Shown here piece by piece: positions 27,901 to 40,308 of a DNA stretch of 64,000 bases; the stretch's first letter is position 1; each line of letters starts with the position of its first letter. The stretch comes from Yuukianura sp. NJ FZ-2021 (Eukaryota). The translations under genes were made by a program, and so were the position numbers. The stretch covers positions 5,394,001-5,458,000 of the forward strand of contig CM102286.1 of the NCBI GenBank assembly GCA_046563655.1. The letters are read 5' to 3'. Below the pieces are notes generated by a model. It saw only the letters and a program-made list of their open reading frames with translations. It was not told the DNA's origin and did no database searches.

Positions 27901-30900
27901 CATCCTATGTGTCTTTTCTATTCACTTGAAATCAGATACTTCGGTTAGTGATAAGATTCGGGGGAAAAAAGAGTGACGGGTAGAAAGTGGGCAGACAGGA
28001 GTCGGAGATAAGTCTAATAATGTATCCGATTCGGGGCCAGAAGGAAGGGCAACTCCTGAAACCTTAGGTTCTTCCTCCTGTCTCTTTTCCTTTCAATAAG
28101 TAAACTTAACTTGTCTTCTCGTCAGGAGTCAATTGCATTGAAGTTAATAGAAATACCAACAAAAAAGTTTGAAAAAACGAAAAGAAAATGGAGAAAGTTG
28201 GGCATTCCTGAGGTTTCAATAAGGTCCGATCGATGGTGACTGAGAAAACATATTTCTCAATTCAAAAACAAAATTTCTTTAAAAAAAAATAGAAAATTAA
28301 ATTTTGGAATTGTAAGTCATCTCTTGTTTTCTTTGAAATGAGCGAGCACCGGCGTAGTAGCAGGAAGTTAACTTATGTCTCGCTTTAGAAAATAACTGAG
28401 TGCTCTAAAAGATTTTTAGTTTTCAAACGATTTGCGCAAGTCTTGAAAATGAAACCAAAAAATTTTGAACTCAAAAAAACAATTAAAAAAAAAAGATGAA
28501 GCTGAACTGTGCTTTTTTTGAACTGAAGTTTAAGGTAGCTTTCCCCTGCTTTATTTTTGGTTAGGTTCTATTTTTGGCTGGAAAGAGATGAATGTGCTGG
28601 CCAGTTAGGATTGTTGACGTTTGGACGGAAGGGATGGAAGAATTATTACAAAAGAAAAGAAAGCTATGTTCCCAATGGTTGAATGGGCGGATAAGTCTCC
28701 ACTGCTTTCTTCTTCCCACTGGTGGATGTGATTTCCAACGATTGTAAAAGCGGTCATTCAAGAAACTGTTTAGACAGACGCACTCGCCTATTGATGACTC
28801 CCAGAGAAATCTTCGGTCGGATTCTAATGGACATAGTTTTCCTGCCTACCACTTTTATGGTAAAAGCTTTTCATATTCAGTCAATCTCCTCCCAAACCAT
28901 TTCTCTAAATCTTCTCCCTGCTTTGGAAGAAGTTTTGGTAACGCACCGGAAAAAAGAAATGGGACTTCACGGCGGAGGTTGTGAATCGGCGGATTTTTCA
29001 AATTGAAAAGGTTTATTATTACGTCCAGAGTGCATTAGACTTGTATTTATTGATAACTCTCAAATATTGAGTTCTGATGGTGGATGGCAGGAGAAAGCAC
29101 TTACTTTCTTCATCTCGTTTTCTCCACTCCCAAACAAACTACACCTCATCTTTTATCCATTCCCTTCAGCACGTTTTTCACATTCCATTATTTGTATACC
29201 TCAATCTCTACATCGCTTTTCGGGGGAGGTAAAAGGAAAAATCATGTCGTTTAGAAAACATAGCCCGACCAAATAAATTTTTTGTTGTAAACTTTTTTCA
29301 AAAGGAAAATATTTTCATGAGTAGAATTGAGTAGAAAGTTTCATAAAATTAAAAAATAAATACATAGCGTTGCAGCAAATTAATTTGCCTGAAAACATTT
29401 TCTGAGTCAAATAGTGCTACAAGTTTAGCTTCGGTTTTGAAAAGAAAGTAGGCTATGCAAGCAACTTTAACAAATTTAAAAAAAAGTTCCCTCAGTTTTT
29501 TTTCTGGTGAAAGTTGGAACAATGTAATGGAAGGCTTTACATCCTTTTTGAAAATTTCCAGCTTGATTTCCGTAACTTCGCAGCAGTTTTTTTTTGCAGA
29601 AGGCGGGAGAGCGTACTTCCTTCCCCGCCCCCAAAAACCTTTCAATTTCAATTAGAGACAAAAAGTTTTGAGTGCCTCCCTCCCCCTCTGTGCTCTGCCT
29701 AAACTTGGTGAAGGGAAGAATAAAAGGGAGAAAGTGCATCAAAATCACATTACACTAATTTGGTCCATTTGCACCGGAGGCTGCTGCTACAGTAAAAGAT
29801 GAAATGGACAGAAAAGGGAACAGGACCCAGAAACAGCCTCAACTGCTACTGTGGGCTTTGCTGGTAATAAGTATTGAATAGAACAGGAGCAGCATTTGAA
29901 CAATGAAAAGAACAAAGGAGGAAACAGAGTGGAGCGGGAGAGAAAACGTGAACAATTTGAATTTACTTTCTTCCATTCTAATAATATTAGGTTTTACATT
30001 ATGCTTTTCCTGTTCTGTTTCTATGGCTTTAAAACGTATCGCAGTACTCCCTAACCTAACTGTACATTGGGAACCAAAAAACTTGCCATTCCCTTGCCTA
30101 AGTTATGCTTTCTCTACTCTGCTGTATTTGATTCCATCAAAGTGCAGATGAGACTTCCAATTCCCAAACGCTTTCTCTAACGTCAGGCCCAGTGAGTTTC
30201 CAAAGTCTGTTTTCTGTTTTCTCTAAAACTAAAATCTAATCCAGGGAAAACAGGAAAATGGTCTACCAAGTTTAAATTTAGTATACTAACCTAACCAATT
30301 CTTCTGAACCTTATGTTTGAGAGTGACTCTCGTTTGGCTTTCCTTGCACTTGCAGTACTCTGCAGTCCTCCTGTTTCAAGTCTTTTTCGCAGGATGTTCT
30401 CTGTCTCCAAGGACCCTTCGGAGCAACCAACAATTTAATCGAATCGCATTAGCTCACAAGGCTTAATCGAAAAATTGAGTTTGAGCAGAGCTCTATTGAT
30501 CGTTCTGTACGTCTTCCTCTGATTGACTTTGGATTTTCTCCCCTGTATTTTTGTACTTCCCTAGGTTATGTAAGGCTAGGTTTAGGCTATGATCTCTTCT
30601 TATATGCTTATATGTCCAGAGAAATCTTTCACCAGCCTCCACACTCTCACTAAAATGATATAACAATGAGATTTTAGTACTCAAAGAGAACAAAAGATAT
30701 TTTGTTGAAAAAAAATAGTACAAAAAATATTTTGTTCCAATTAGTTCTTTGTGGAACTAAGTCGTCCAGAAATTTTTTTTTGTGTACTAGCTCATCCATT
30801 CTCCCAAATAAGAGTGAAAGTTGTGAAAGAAAAGAATTGGATTGGAGTATTTTTCTGTGTTCATCTACTGGATTTATTCATTAGTTTTTGGAAGTGAGTG

Positions 30901-32869
30901 GAATGGGTGGTGGAAGATAAGAATTAAGAACTTTGGCCCTGTGCTGAAAATAAAAGAGAAAGTTCAGAAAGAAAGTTAGCGAATCTCGGCTGAAGCTTGC
31001 TTTCGACGGAGGATGAACCTCCATCCGCCTCCAGCAGCCTCCGACAAGATATTTGCTGACTTTCTCCCCTTCAATGAAATTGAGAACATGGTTAGGTTAG
31101 GCTGGGAAGCTTAACCTAACGTTGTAGCTTGGTTTCCTAGTTCTTCTTGCTCTGTATATTTGCTCTCCCGAATCAACACTTCCCTCTGTGCTTCTACATC
31201 GTTGTTTCTTCCTCCTCTTCAACAGAAACGAAGTGATTGGTTTTGAAAAGACGATTTCCAGACCAACCTCGACTAACTGCAAAAGAACATCCTGGAAGGA
31301 AAACATGCTCCTCTCTGACTATGTAACCTCCGGGAGATGAATCGATAACACTGTGTGAGGAGAACCAGTTGTCCAGAACCACCGAGGAGGTGGTCAATCC
31401 ACTTAATGACTCTTGTTTTGCTTCCACCATCTGCAGATATAGTAGCTTTGTCCAAAGATACGCTTATGTTGCTTCGAGATGTCAAAGATTAAAAGTCAAC
31501 TACTCATTACTAGCAGGGAGTGACCGCTTGCAACGCTTCGTAAAAAGGCGCCAAAATGTAGGTTGTCAGGAACATAACATATACCATTTCTAGCGAGTGT
31601 CATGAAAAAAATTGACGAAATTTGAAAACGTCAAAATTTTTCGGAAAAGTTGCAGCCCTTTGATCTTTTGTGAAAGTTTGTTTGAAAATAGTTGTAACTA
31701 CCGTTTTAGACAATTTTTTAAGGTAATCCAGAACACCTCTCACAAAATGTTAAAAAATGGCATTGACTAGTTTGTAAAAGCAAAATTGGAAATGACTTAC
31801 TTAGAGTAAAGTGAAGTTTAAAAAAAAATTATTTTGGATGTGGTGCAAACTACCGTTCAGAAATAGCTTGGACATTGTTCAGACTCGCTACATGAAAAAA
31901 AACTGTCGGAGGGAATAAAAGCATTTTGGATGGCTGAAACTGAAACTTTCATGCCATTTCATAGTCATCAACCTAATTTAAAGTAAAGTGAAAGTACAAA
32001 TACAATTAAATGGTTCTAAACGTATTCATATTTAGCAGATTTAATAAAGGGTCCAAAATTGTGAATTTCGTACAATTTCTTCGGAATAATTCTAAAGCTG
32101 ATTCAATTGGTTCTATACAAAATGTTTCGAGAATTTTAGTTTATCTAAAAAGAAAGACGCACACCCTTGGTGGAACTACAGAATTCAATTTGATGCTTAA
32201 TTTGACAGTTGATTTGTCATGTCCTCAGAAGTGCGAATAATTGTGCGTTTGTTGTGTGAAGAAACTGTGCAAAATGAACCAAGGAGTGACTTTCAAATAA
32301 TAGCTACATCTTATCGCCCTTTGCTGTTGACACTCCTGGAGGATGTCACCGAGTTGACAACCGTAGAATGACAAGGCGTCACCCCCTTCTAATTCCAAAC
32401 CCAACAAAGCAGAAACTGCATTGTGCCAGTCTAACATAGTCAGCCCTGTTTGGAAAGCAGAAAAAAAACAAGGTCACACGAAAGGTCAACCAAGCACATA
32501 CGCTGGTGACGTCATTGACGGGCCCCTTCAGCCTAACATTTTATATTTGAAGTAAGTGTCACATACACGAGAGGCTTCAATGGATCGACCCAATTTCAAA
32601 AAAAAAGTTTTGCAGAGCTATAATTTAGTTTAAAATTTAGTTTTGACATTGGAAAAAGGAAGTGAGACGTGCAACTTTTTTCAAAAGCAGTTGGCCGTTG
32701 ACCTCGAAATCTTTTTTGAACACAGCCGCCTCAGAAAGTCATTGTTGAAGTTCAAAATTCTATGGCCTTGTTTGTAACTCTGTTTTCTGTGACTTCCTTT
32801 GAGTCGGAGGTTCATTACCCACTAATGTATTTCCCATTTGAAGATGCCCCTCGCTGGGAAGTGAAAAGG

Positions 32870-32902
32870 TTAGGTTTAGGTTAGGCTAAAGTTAGGTTAA
32901 GG
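32870..32902. repeat. Short degenerate (TTAGG)n tract
   Basis: TTAGG at 32870, 32876, 32881 and 32892. TTAGG is the widespread arthropod telomeric unit. Confidence 0.5.
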
Positions 32903-35900
32903 GAAAAACTCAGTCAAACAGAATGGCCACAAAGAGAAAGTCACACTTCCCCCTGCACTCGTCTACTCTGGTTAGAGCCAAATGTCACGCAGAGTTTTAA
33001 TGAAGGGTGTCACCGGTGCTGAACAAATGTTAGCTTTTTACAATCTAAGAAATTTTCTAAAATAGAACAGTTTTTAAATAACTCCCGTCATTTCGCTGGG
33101 TTCAGTCAAAAAATGATGAACTCTAATACAGCCGTAATTATGGAAAGTGGAACTATGAATTAGAAAGTCGTGGCTTGAGGTTAACTTTAAGGCGGGAAAT
33201 TTATGAATTTTACAGTTTGTTATGTCGTTTTATCAACCTTTAAATCCTAAAGAGAAAGTGGATCCACCTCCGTTTCAATAAAGAAGTCATTTGAAAATTC
33301 GTATGGAACTTCATTCAACATTGTCGGAAATTTGTCACGCCTCTCGTGAATCTTTTAACTTGTCATATCGTCGTTGTCCAAATGACTATAATATGTAATC
33401 AATTGTATTCTTATTTTGCAAATTGACACCGTAGTCATCCACGTAATATGCTAGGCAGCATTCATTGGAAAAACTAAACCCATTAAGTAACTAGAACATG
33501 CAGAACATACAATCTTCTGCATGCTGGTGGATAAGTTCCGACAGGCATTCAACAGCATATTATTATGTCACATTAAAATATCGAAAAATATTGACATCCA
33601 GTAAAATCATCACCAAGCCTGGTCGCGAAAAAAAGAAGCAAAAATAGCCGCCAGAACTAGTGAATAATTCAGGGTGACCTTTGAATGTTTGCCGTCAATC
33701 GAAAACTTTAGTCTTATGCCCTATTATTCTTTACTGCGATTAGGCAACAAACTCAGACTAACTTGAGCCTATTAAGTTGAACTGCCAATTTTCTTTTCAA
33801 AATCAACTCGTTTTCAAAACCAACAAATTTTAGTTTTTGGCAAAATATAAATTGGCCAGTGTCATTGGTTCAGGTTGTCAGAGGCGCTGCAAATACAATC
33901 AAAAGTGGAATGATAAGATGCATAATTTAAAGCAATTTAACCAAGAAATTGTCGTTGCTCAAGTTTTTTTCGCTTAAAATAAACTTCTTCGAACGAAATT
34001 CCTTTTTAATTTAAGTAAAATGTTTTTGGAAAAAGAAGTTGAGAGTCCACGTATTGAATTAATGACAGTTTCCGGGCAAGTGGATTTCTTGTTCTAATAA
34101 TTTCCGAGACTGCACTTTAGATAATTAACTTGCGTGAGCAGGTATTCTACGTTCCTTCCTTTTTAAAAAAAAAACTAGGATGAAATTTTAAAGTAGTGGA
34201 GTTTTTCTGTTTTCTAGAAAATCTAAAAGTTGGCTAACATTTTCTAAAGCCGAACCAACACTGCTACTTTTTATACTCAACCAACTGGAAAAAAAATTTA
34301 CTCTGCCTTCCCCCGTTCTGCTTTCTCGTTTTTCCGTTCGAACTTTTTTCTACTTTTTTGTAGTTAATTTCCTCTACTAGGAAAAACACAGCCTAAAGCA
34401 ATTTGAACAAAAAGTTTGAAAATTAGCAAAAAAAAAATTTTATTGTTGTTGTAAAAATCGATTCCCGTTTCTAGCCTAGTTCACTTCCTGGGTCAATTCA
34501 CGAAACTTTTTTCTTGAAGGAATTAGGCTAATCGCCCTTCCCGCTTTTCTTCTGAATACTTTTCCAAAAAGTTTTGTCAAACGGCTTGTTTGCATTTGTG
34601 CCTTCTGAGTCAATTTACTTTTTAGCCATAAGATTAATGTAGTGGAACGAGCGGCAGAACCTCCCCAAGTAACATAAAAACATATTTTGGAGAAATTTTA
34701 TAATTAACAAGATTATATTTCATAAAACAAAAATTGTTCATTTTTGTTCAAAGAGTTTTTGAGAATAATGGAGAGAAAATTAAAAAATTGTTCGAGTGAA
34801 GAAAATTCTTAATTTTTAATTTCAAATTTATTAGTTTTTCAAATGTTTTTGCGGAGGAGGAAAGTGCACTTTTAATTTCCAAAAGTACTATCAGTGTTCT
34901 GCAGCATTAACTTTTGGAGGGTTTCGGTGGAGTGAAAGCATCATAGAAAAGTCTTTAGAAATAAGTAGTGTTATTCTAACGATCAGAAAGTTGGGTTAGA
35001 TGAACGTTCCCTAGGAGAGTGTTTAGGTTATAAAATGTGATTTTTATAGTTATTCCCCCTATAATTCATGGACCAATATCAGCTTGCTAACTGGGCCCAT
35101 ACACTTTTCTCCCCTCCAAAAGTCCACAGATCATAAAGAAACAAGAACCGTGAGACGTGAAATGGTTTACAGGCTCCCGTAATGTTATTGTCACGTCAGA
35201 ACGTTCAGTATTGTTTGAACCGAAACAAACGAGGTCAAAGACCTTGATCCTCAGATCATCTTTTCAAAGTGGGTACAAAATGGATTGAATCCCAAAGTGA
35301 TTTGATTCAAGTCAACAAATTAGATATTGATCTCCACCTTTCTCCTTTGAGTGTAACACATCCAATTGTATGACAACTTAACTTGCTCTGAAGCCTATAA
35401 AAGTATTCTGTACTCTGGAAAACTACAGAGTAGATCTGACCTCAAAGAACTTTTGAGGTCGTTGACCTTCTTAGAAGTCAACCTGGAACCACTCTGTCCA
35501 GTGTCTAATATTTCTTTTCATGTGGCTCTTGCACTTTAGTTGATTCATGTACCTTCTTTCCATTTTCGAAGCAAAAGGACCAGAATAACTTTTCTTCTGG
35601 TCTTGCTTTGTGCCATGTGAGGCTAAACAAATAAGGAGAAAGCATTGTTGAACTGCCTGGGAAAGTGGAAGTTGGTGTCTAACTTTGTGCATTTGTTACA
35701 TTACTGAAGTCAACAAAGTGTGACAGAAGTGCGGAATATTAGACTTTGGGCTCTTGAACTCTGGGTGTGGAGAGGCACTTTCTGCACACAAATCCACGAC
35801 AGAGACGACGTGAATCCAATCACTCTCCCACCACACTCAACTCACAAAAAAAAAACACAATTTCTTCACCACATGCTTTCTTTCCATCAATCTATGCAAC

Positions 35901-36728
35901 TTTCTCCACACCACATCTAAAAATACACATGGGAATTCAAATATTTTGAGGAAAATATTTTGAAGCTAAGCCTGGCTCAAACTCTAACCAAGACAGAAAT
36001 TAACAGTACAATTTTTTACTTAACATTATGTAAAATATGTTGCTGAAATCATGTTTATAAATTGTTATTTTAGACACTTTTTTTTCTAACGTTTTAATGA
36101 AATTATCCAATGAGAAAGTATTTCGAAAAACAATTTTTAGTACATATGCTGTTTCATAATGCAAATGCGTGAATCAGTCTTAACAAATTCAAACCCGAAA
36201 AAAAATCAATGAAATGACCTATAGTTGTGCAACTTTATGTTCAGAAATAAAACCATGATCATTTAAGTTATTATTGTCGTAAAAAGAATTTACAAATTTA
36301 TGAAACCAACCGAAAGTAGAACATGTACAATAATTGTTTAAATTGGTAACATTTCCATATTCAAATTCCAAATCGTGTAACTTTTGAAGAGGCATTTGGA
36401 ATTGATTGCCTTCAATTTGAACCAGAGCTGTAGCAGTAAAACCCCACAAATTTTTTGTTTCTCCAAGTTGAAACAATGGACTGGAAAGAAATTTAGCTTA
36501 GAGGACTCATAACAATAGAAATATTCTTTTACTGTGTGTATCTCTCCGCTCTGGTTTTTGCAACCAAATGGCTGTTAGCCGCCGTTCGTCGACTTTATCT
36601 TTTTATTATGACATGCCGCAACAGTAGAAAGCAAAAGTAGAAGAGTAAATTTTGCACATGAATGGAATTGGACTAAATCTGTGGACGCCTCGGAACGTTT
36701 TGCATGTCTCCCTATTACTTAAGGGAAG

Positions 36729-36745
36729 GAGAGAGAGAGAGAGAG
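36729..36745. repeat. (GA)8 microsatellite
   Basis: Direct reading of gagagagagagagagag. Confidence 0.9.
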
Positions 36746-39700
36746 CTTAGCTGAAAAAAAATTAGGCCGTGGGGACAATCTCTTTTGAAGAGAGGCGACG
36801 GGTGAAAGCGAGGGAAAGTTGGAAGAGTGGATTCAAAAATGGCGCGAGAAATAAATCAGAAAAGCACACACGCGTTTCAACTGGATTGGTATGAAGAAGG
36901 AGACCAAAAAGCATACATTTCATAGTTCACAATAACACAGTAGGTAGTACTATAGTGTAGTATTTTCTAAGTCAATCCACCAAAAACTTTCCTTTCCACT
37001 TTTCTTGTACTTTCTTTTACCATTCAAAGGAATTCCACCAGCTAGAAGCCTTACACAATAGAAATTCAATAATTCCGTATCATTCGAAACCTACACATAA
37101 CCTGACTTACTACTAGAGTGCCAGGTTCTCACAAAGAAGGAGAGATGTAATAAGACGTAACTCTGTGTAGCTTGTTCGTCGAAGAGAAAGCAATAAAAGT
37201 AGCAAAACAAAGATACACATAACATACAAATGTAGGAGGTGCATTCTCTTGTTCTACACCACTGCCCATATTTTTCAGAACTTACGAGATACTACCAGAC
37301 AGATTCATAGAAAAGAAGTTTAGATCCGGAAACAATGTAGCGAACGGAGCATCGGAATGTTTTATGGGATAAATTTAAAATTGCTTTCTCTTCCTAATTC
37401 ATTTCTAGAGAGAAAAGCAGGAGACAGTCAAAGACTAGCGGATAAACGTTTTCCGTTTACTATTGTTTTTAGTTCATTCGGAAATTCCTAATACGTAGAT
37501 TGCTTTTTTACAATGAAGAAAATTTCATGGATAGCCTGCATGGATGTACAATATTAGAAATACTAAACGTAGAGCTAGTTTCAAAAACAGAGAAATAAAC
37601 GTTATGCGAATGAAAAATTACAGCAATTTATACTTGGAAACAAAAATGGAACGCGCATTTGTACAAATCACACAGGAATTTTTTGTATGTTTGCTTGCTT
37701 AAGTTATTGTTTGTTTTTCTGAACTGTTTCTGGACTTTTTCATAATAATACGGAATTTAGAAATTTTGAAAATCCCGCTTTGAAATTGTTGAAACAAACT
37801 ACACTCTTCAAGCTTTTTGAAGAGCTGTTTACTTTCGCTTTCTTTTTTAACTGAAACGAGTAGTCGATGATTTTTTGAATTCCCGCCAAAAATTTTAGAT
37901 CCGACAAAGAAAAGTGGTTGGACGTTTGACGCAAGATGAGATTTGATGCTGCTGGAACTTAAGGCGACTGGTGATGTCAATATCCTAATAGGTTTGCTTT
38001 CTCCATTCCTTTCAGCCTAATCTGATTGAGACGGGAGAAAAGCATTAAATTCAGTTTTGCACTCAATGCATTATGTATTTATGATTGTAGGAGTTCAGGA
38101 TTGTGGAGGAGGGGAGCAAGTACTCTTTATGCGTGGGGTCTAGTAACATCTAACGGCATGCGTTAGGGGAGTATCTGGAGTACATTAAACAAAACGGGGA
38201 AAGCAACAAGGAGATGAGAGATATGCTTTGATGCAGAAAATTTCAAAGGAAGACTTTCAAAGGCACAGGAATGTCAACAATAATCTGTTACCTTATTAGG
38301 AAGAAAGCAAAACTTAAAAAGTCACCCTCTTTTCCGTCATTCAAAATTTAGAAAACTCCCTTTGCTCTGCTTTTTTCCGTTTTCGTTTTTTCTATACGCT
38401 TTTATAAGAAAAAAAAAGAAATTGGAGGAGCAGGTTGCGACTTTTTTCAAATGTCACGTTCACTTTGCATTGAAATCCGGCAGACTTTCTCTTCTCTCTT
38501 GTACTAAAAAACCCTCAAACTTAAACTCTCTCCTTTTTCCTGACTCTTCTACCACAATTTCCGAATTAAAATGTCTCCTACAGAGCTCTCAATTTTTAAA
38601 ACTAACTTCCCCTCTCCTTTGAACAACTTTTCAAATCTTTCCCTCCTTCCCACCACTCCTCCCAAACTAAAACCATTATCCACTGGGGAACGGAGAGGGA
38701 GAGAGCCTTTTTACAAATCTTTTCCAAAAGCCAGGAGAAAGTTGGGCTTAGGCGCTTAAGTGAATGAAGGGGAAATGGGCCGATGACTTTGCAGGGCTCA
38801 GTGCCTTCGTAAGTTAGCCTAGGATAGGTTAGGTGGAAGCAAGGAGACGAAGGGAGGGATTTAGACTCAGTTCTCAGCCCAAAGGGAACTTCCAAATCAT
38901 TGTTTTCCCTGTTCTGCCTAACTAATTAAGTTAAAACCACAAACTAAATTCTTGGCCTCGAGCCTTCATCTCACCGGATCTGTCTGAAGACGAAGAAATA
39001 ACCAAAAGAACTTGAGCTAAGCTTTATCAGTTTAAGATCAAAATCTTAGGAACCACAAAATCCTAAGTAAAGCTTATTTTTTAAAACGAACCTAAACTGC
39101 TGGATTGCAATCATACTAATGTTTGTTTTGGTTTTATATCAAATTTGAGTATTTAGAAAGCTCAAAAAACAACTTCAAGGAGATACAAAAACAACGACAA
39201 TATTCAAAGTAAACAACAAACGTTCTTGTATACCTGAAATTCACAAAACTCACAAAATCAAAATAAAAGAAAAGTGAAAACTATGACTTCCAAAGTACCG
39301 GCAAACCTAATCGTTGTACTGCATTGAAAGAATTTCTATATGCTTTTGAAATCTTGAATTTCCAAAATTGTGAACTTCAAAATCGAGAGAAACTTGAATG
39401 TAGTACTAAGACGAAGTTTGCAGTTTGTTGACTTTTGTTTTGGATTTGAATAAATTGGACTTGAAATGCAGTTGAGTTTTTTTCGTTTCAAAACTTTTTT
39501 GAATTCCCAATTTGTTCTTTAAAGAAATCAAAATTCAGAAAGCGAAGGCTGGAAATGAAACTAACAGAAGCGAGAAAATAGAAATACTCGTAAGAAAGGG
39601 AGGCGTTTGGTTATGAAATCTCTTTGTTGTTTTTCTTTTGAAAAGTAGAGCAAATAAAAAGAAAAGCCTTTGAATAGGATTAGATTTGAATTTGTTTATT

Positions 39701-40169
39701 TATGAATGTTGATCCGCATAATGATCTTCCCTCGTCTTATTATTTCCATTTCCCATGTTCTTTTTTTTCGCTCCCTTGAAACCAATTGCTTTTACTTCAT
39801 TTTCTTTGACAAAAGCTTTTCCCAAAAACCAAGCCCCACAACGCCCAGGATTTTCTGCTTTTACTTTCCCTTCGAGGCGGGAATGGAGCATTCATTAGAG
39901 AAAATAGAGAAACTTGAGATTCACTTTTATTTTTCTGCCGGAGGAGGCTGCAGAACTAAAACTTACGAACAGAAAACAAACCAGAAAACACAAAACTTCT
40001 TTCTCTTTTTCCCTTTTTTTGAATCGTTTCAACTCAAAGTCAGTCTCGTGTTCTAATTACAGGGCGGTTTCATAATTAAAACTAATGAAGCCAAAAGGAG
40101 AGAATGTTTGAAGAAAAAATTTACCAAAAATAAACAATTTTTTTTCCTTTAAATAAGTTTTTGGCTTAC

Positions 40170-40308
40170 TTGATTTTATTCCGTCCGCAACGGGAAACAG
40201 GAGCAGAAGACCGACGACTTTCACCAGCACTTTCACTAGTCCAAGTTCACTGAGCTTGTGTCCTTCAAAAGTTGGCGGGGTTTTATCGGTGCACGTTTTC
40301 CGTTTCAT
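40170..40308 (-). CDS. Candidate first coding exon (signal peptide) of the Sidestep-family gene
   Basis: AAAAATG start. Translates MKRKTCTDKTPPTFEGHKLSELGLVKVLVKVVGLLLLFPVADGIKS with a hydrophobic core and a plausible A-x-G cleavage site, then a phase-1 donor A|gtaagc that joins in frame to the exon at 21960. No homology support. Confidence 0.5.

Noticed and set aside
35411..35460. Two adjacent short hairpins (TACTCTG/CAGAGTA and GACCTCAAA/TTTGAGGTC) as a Helitron 3' end
   Set aside because: No CTRR terminus at the expected distance and no second copy seen.
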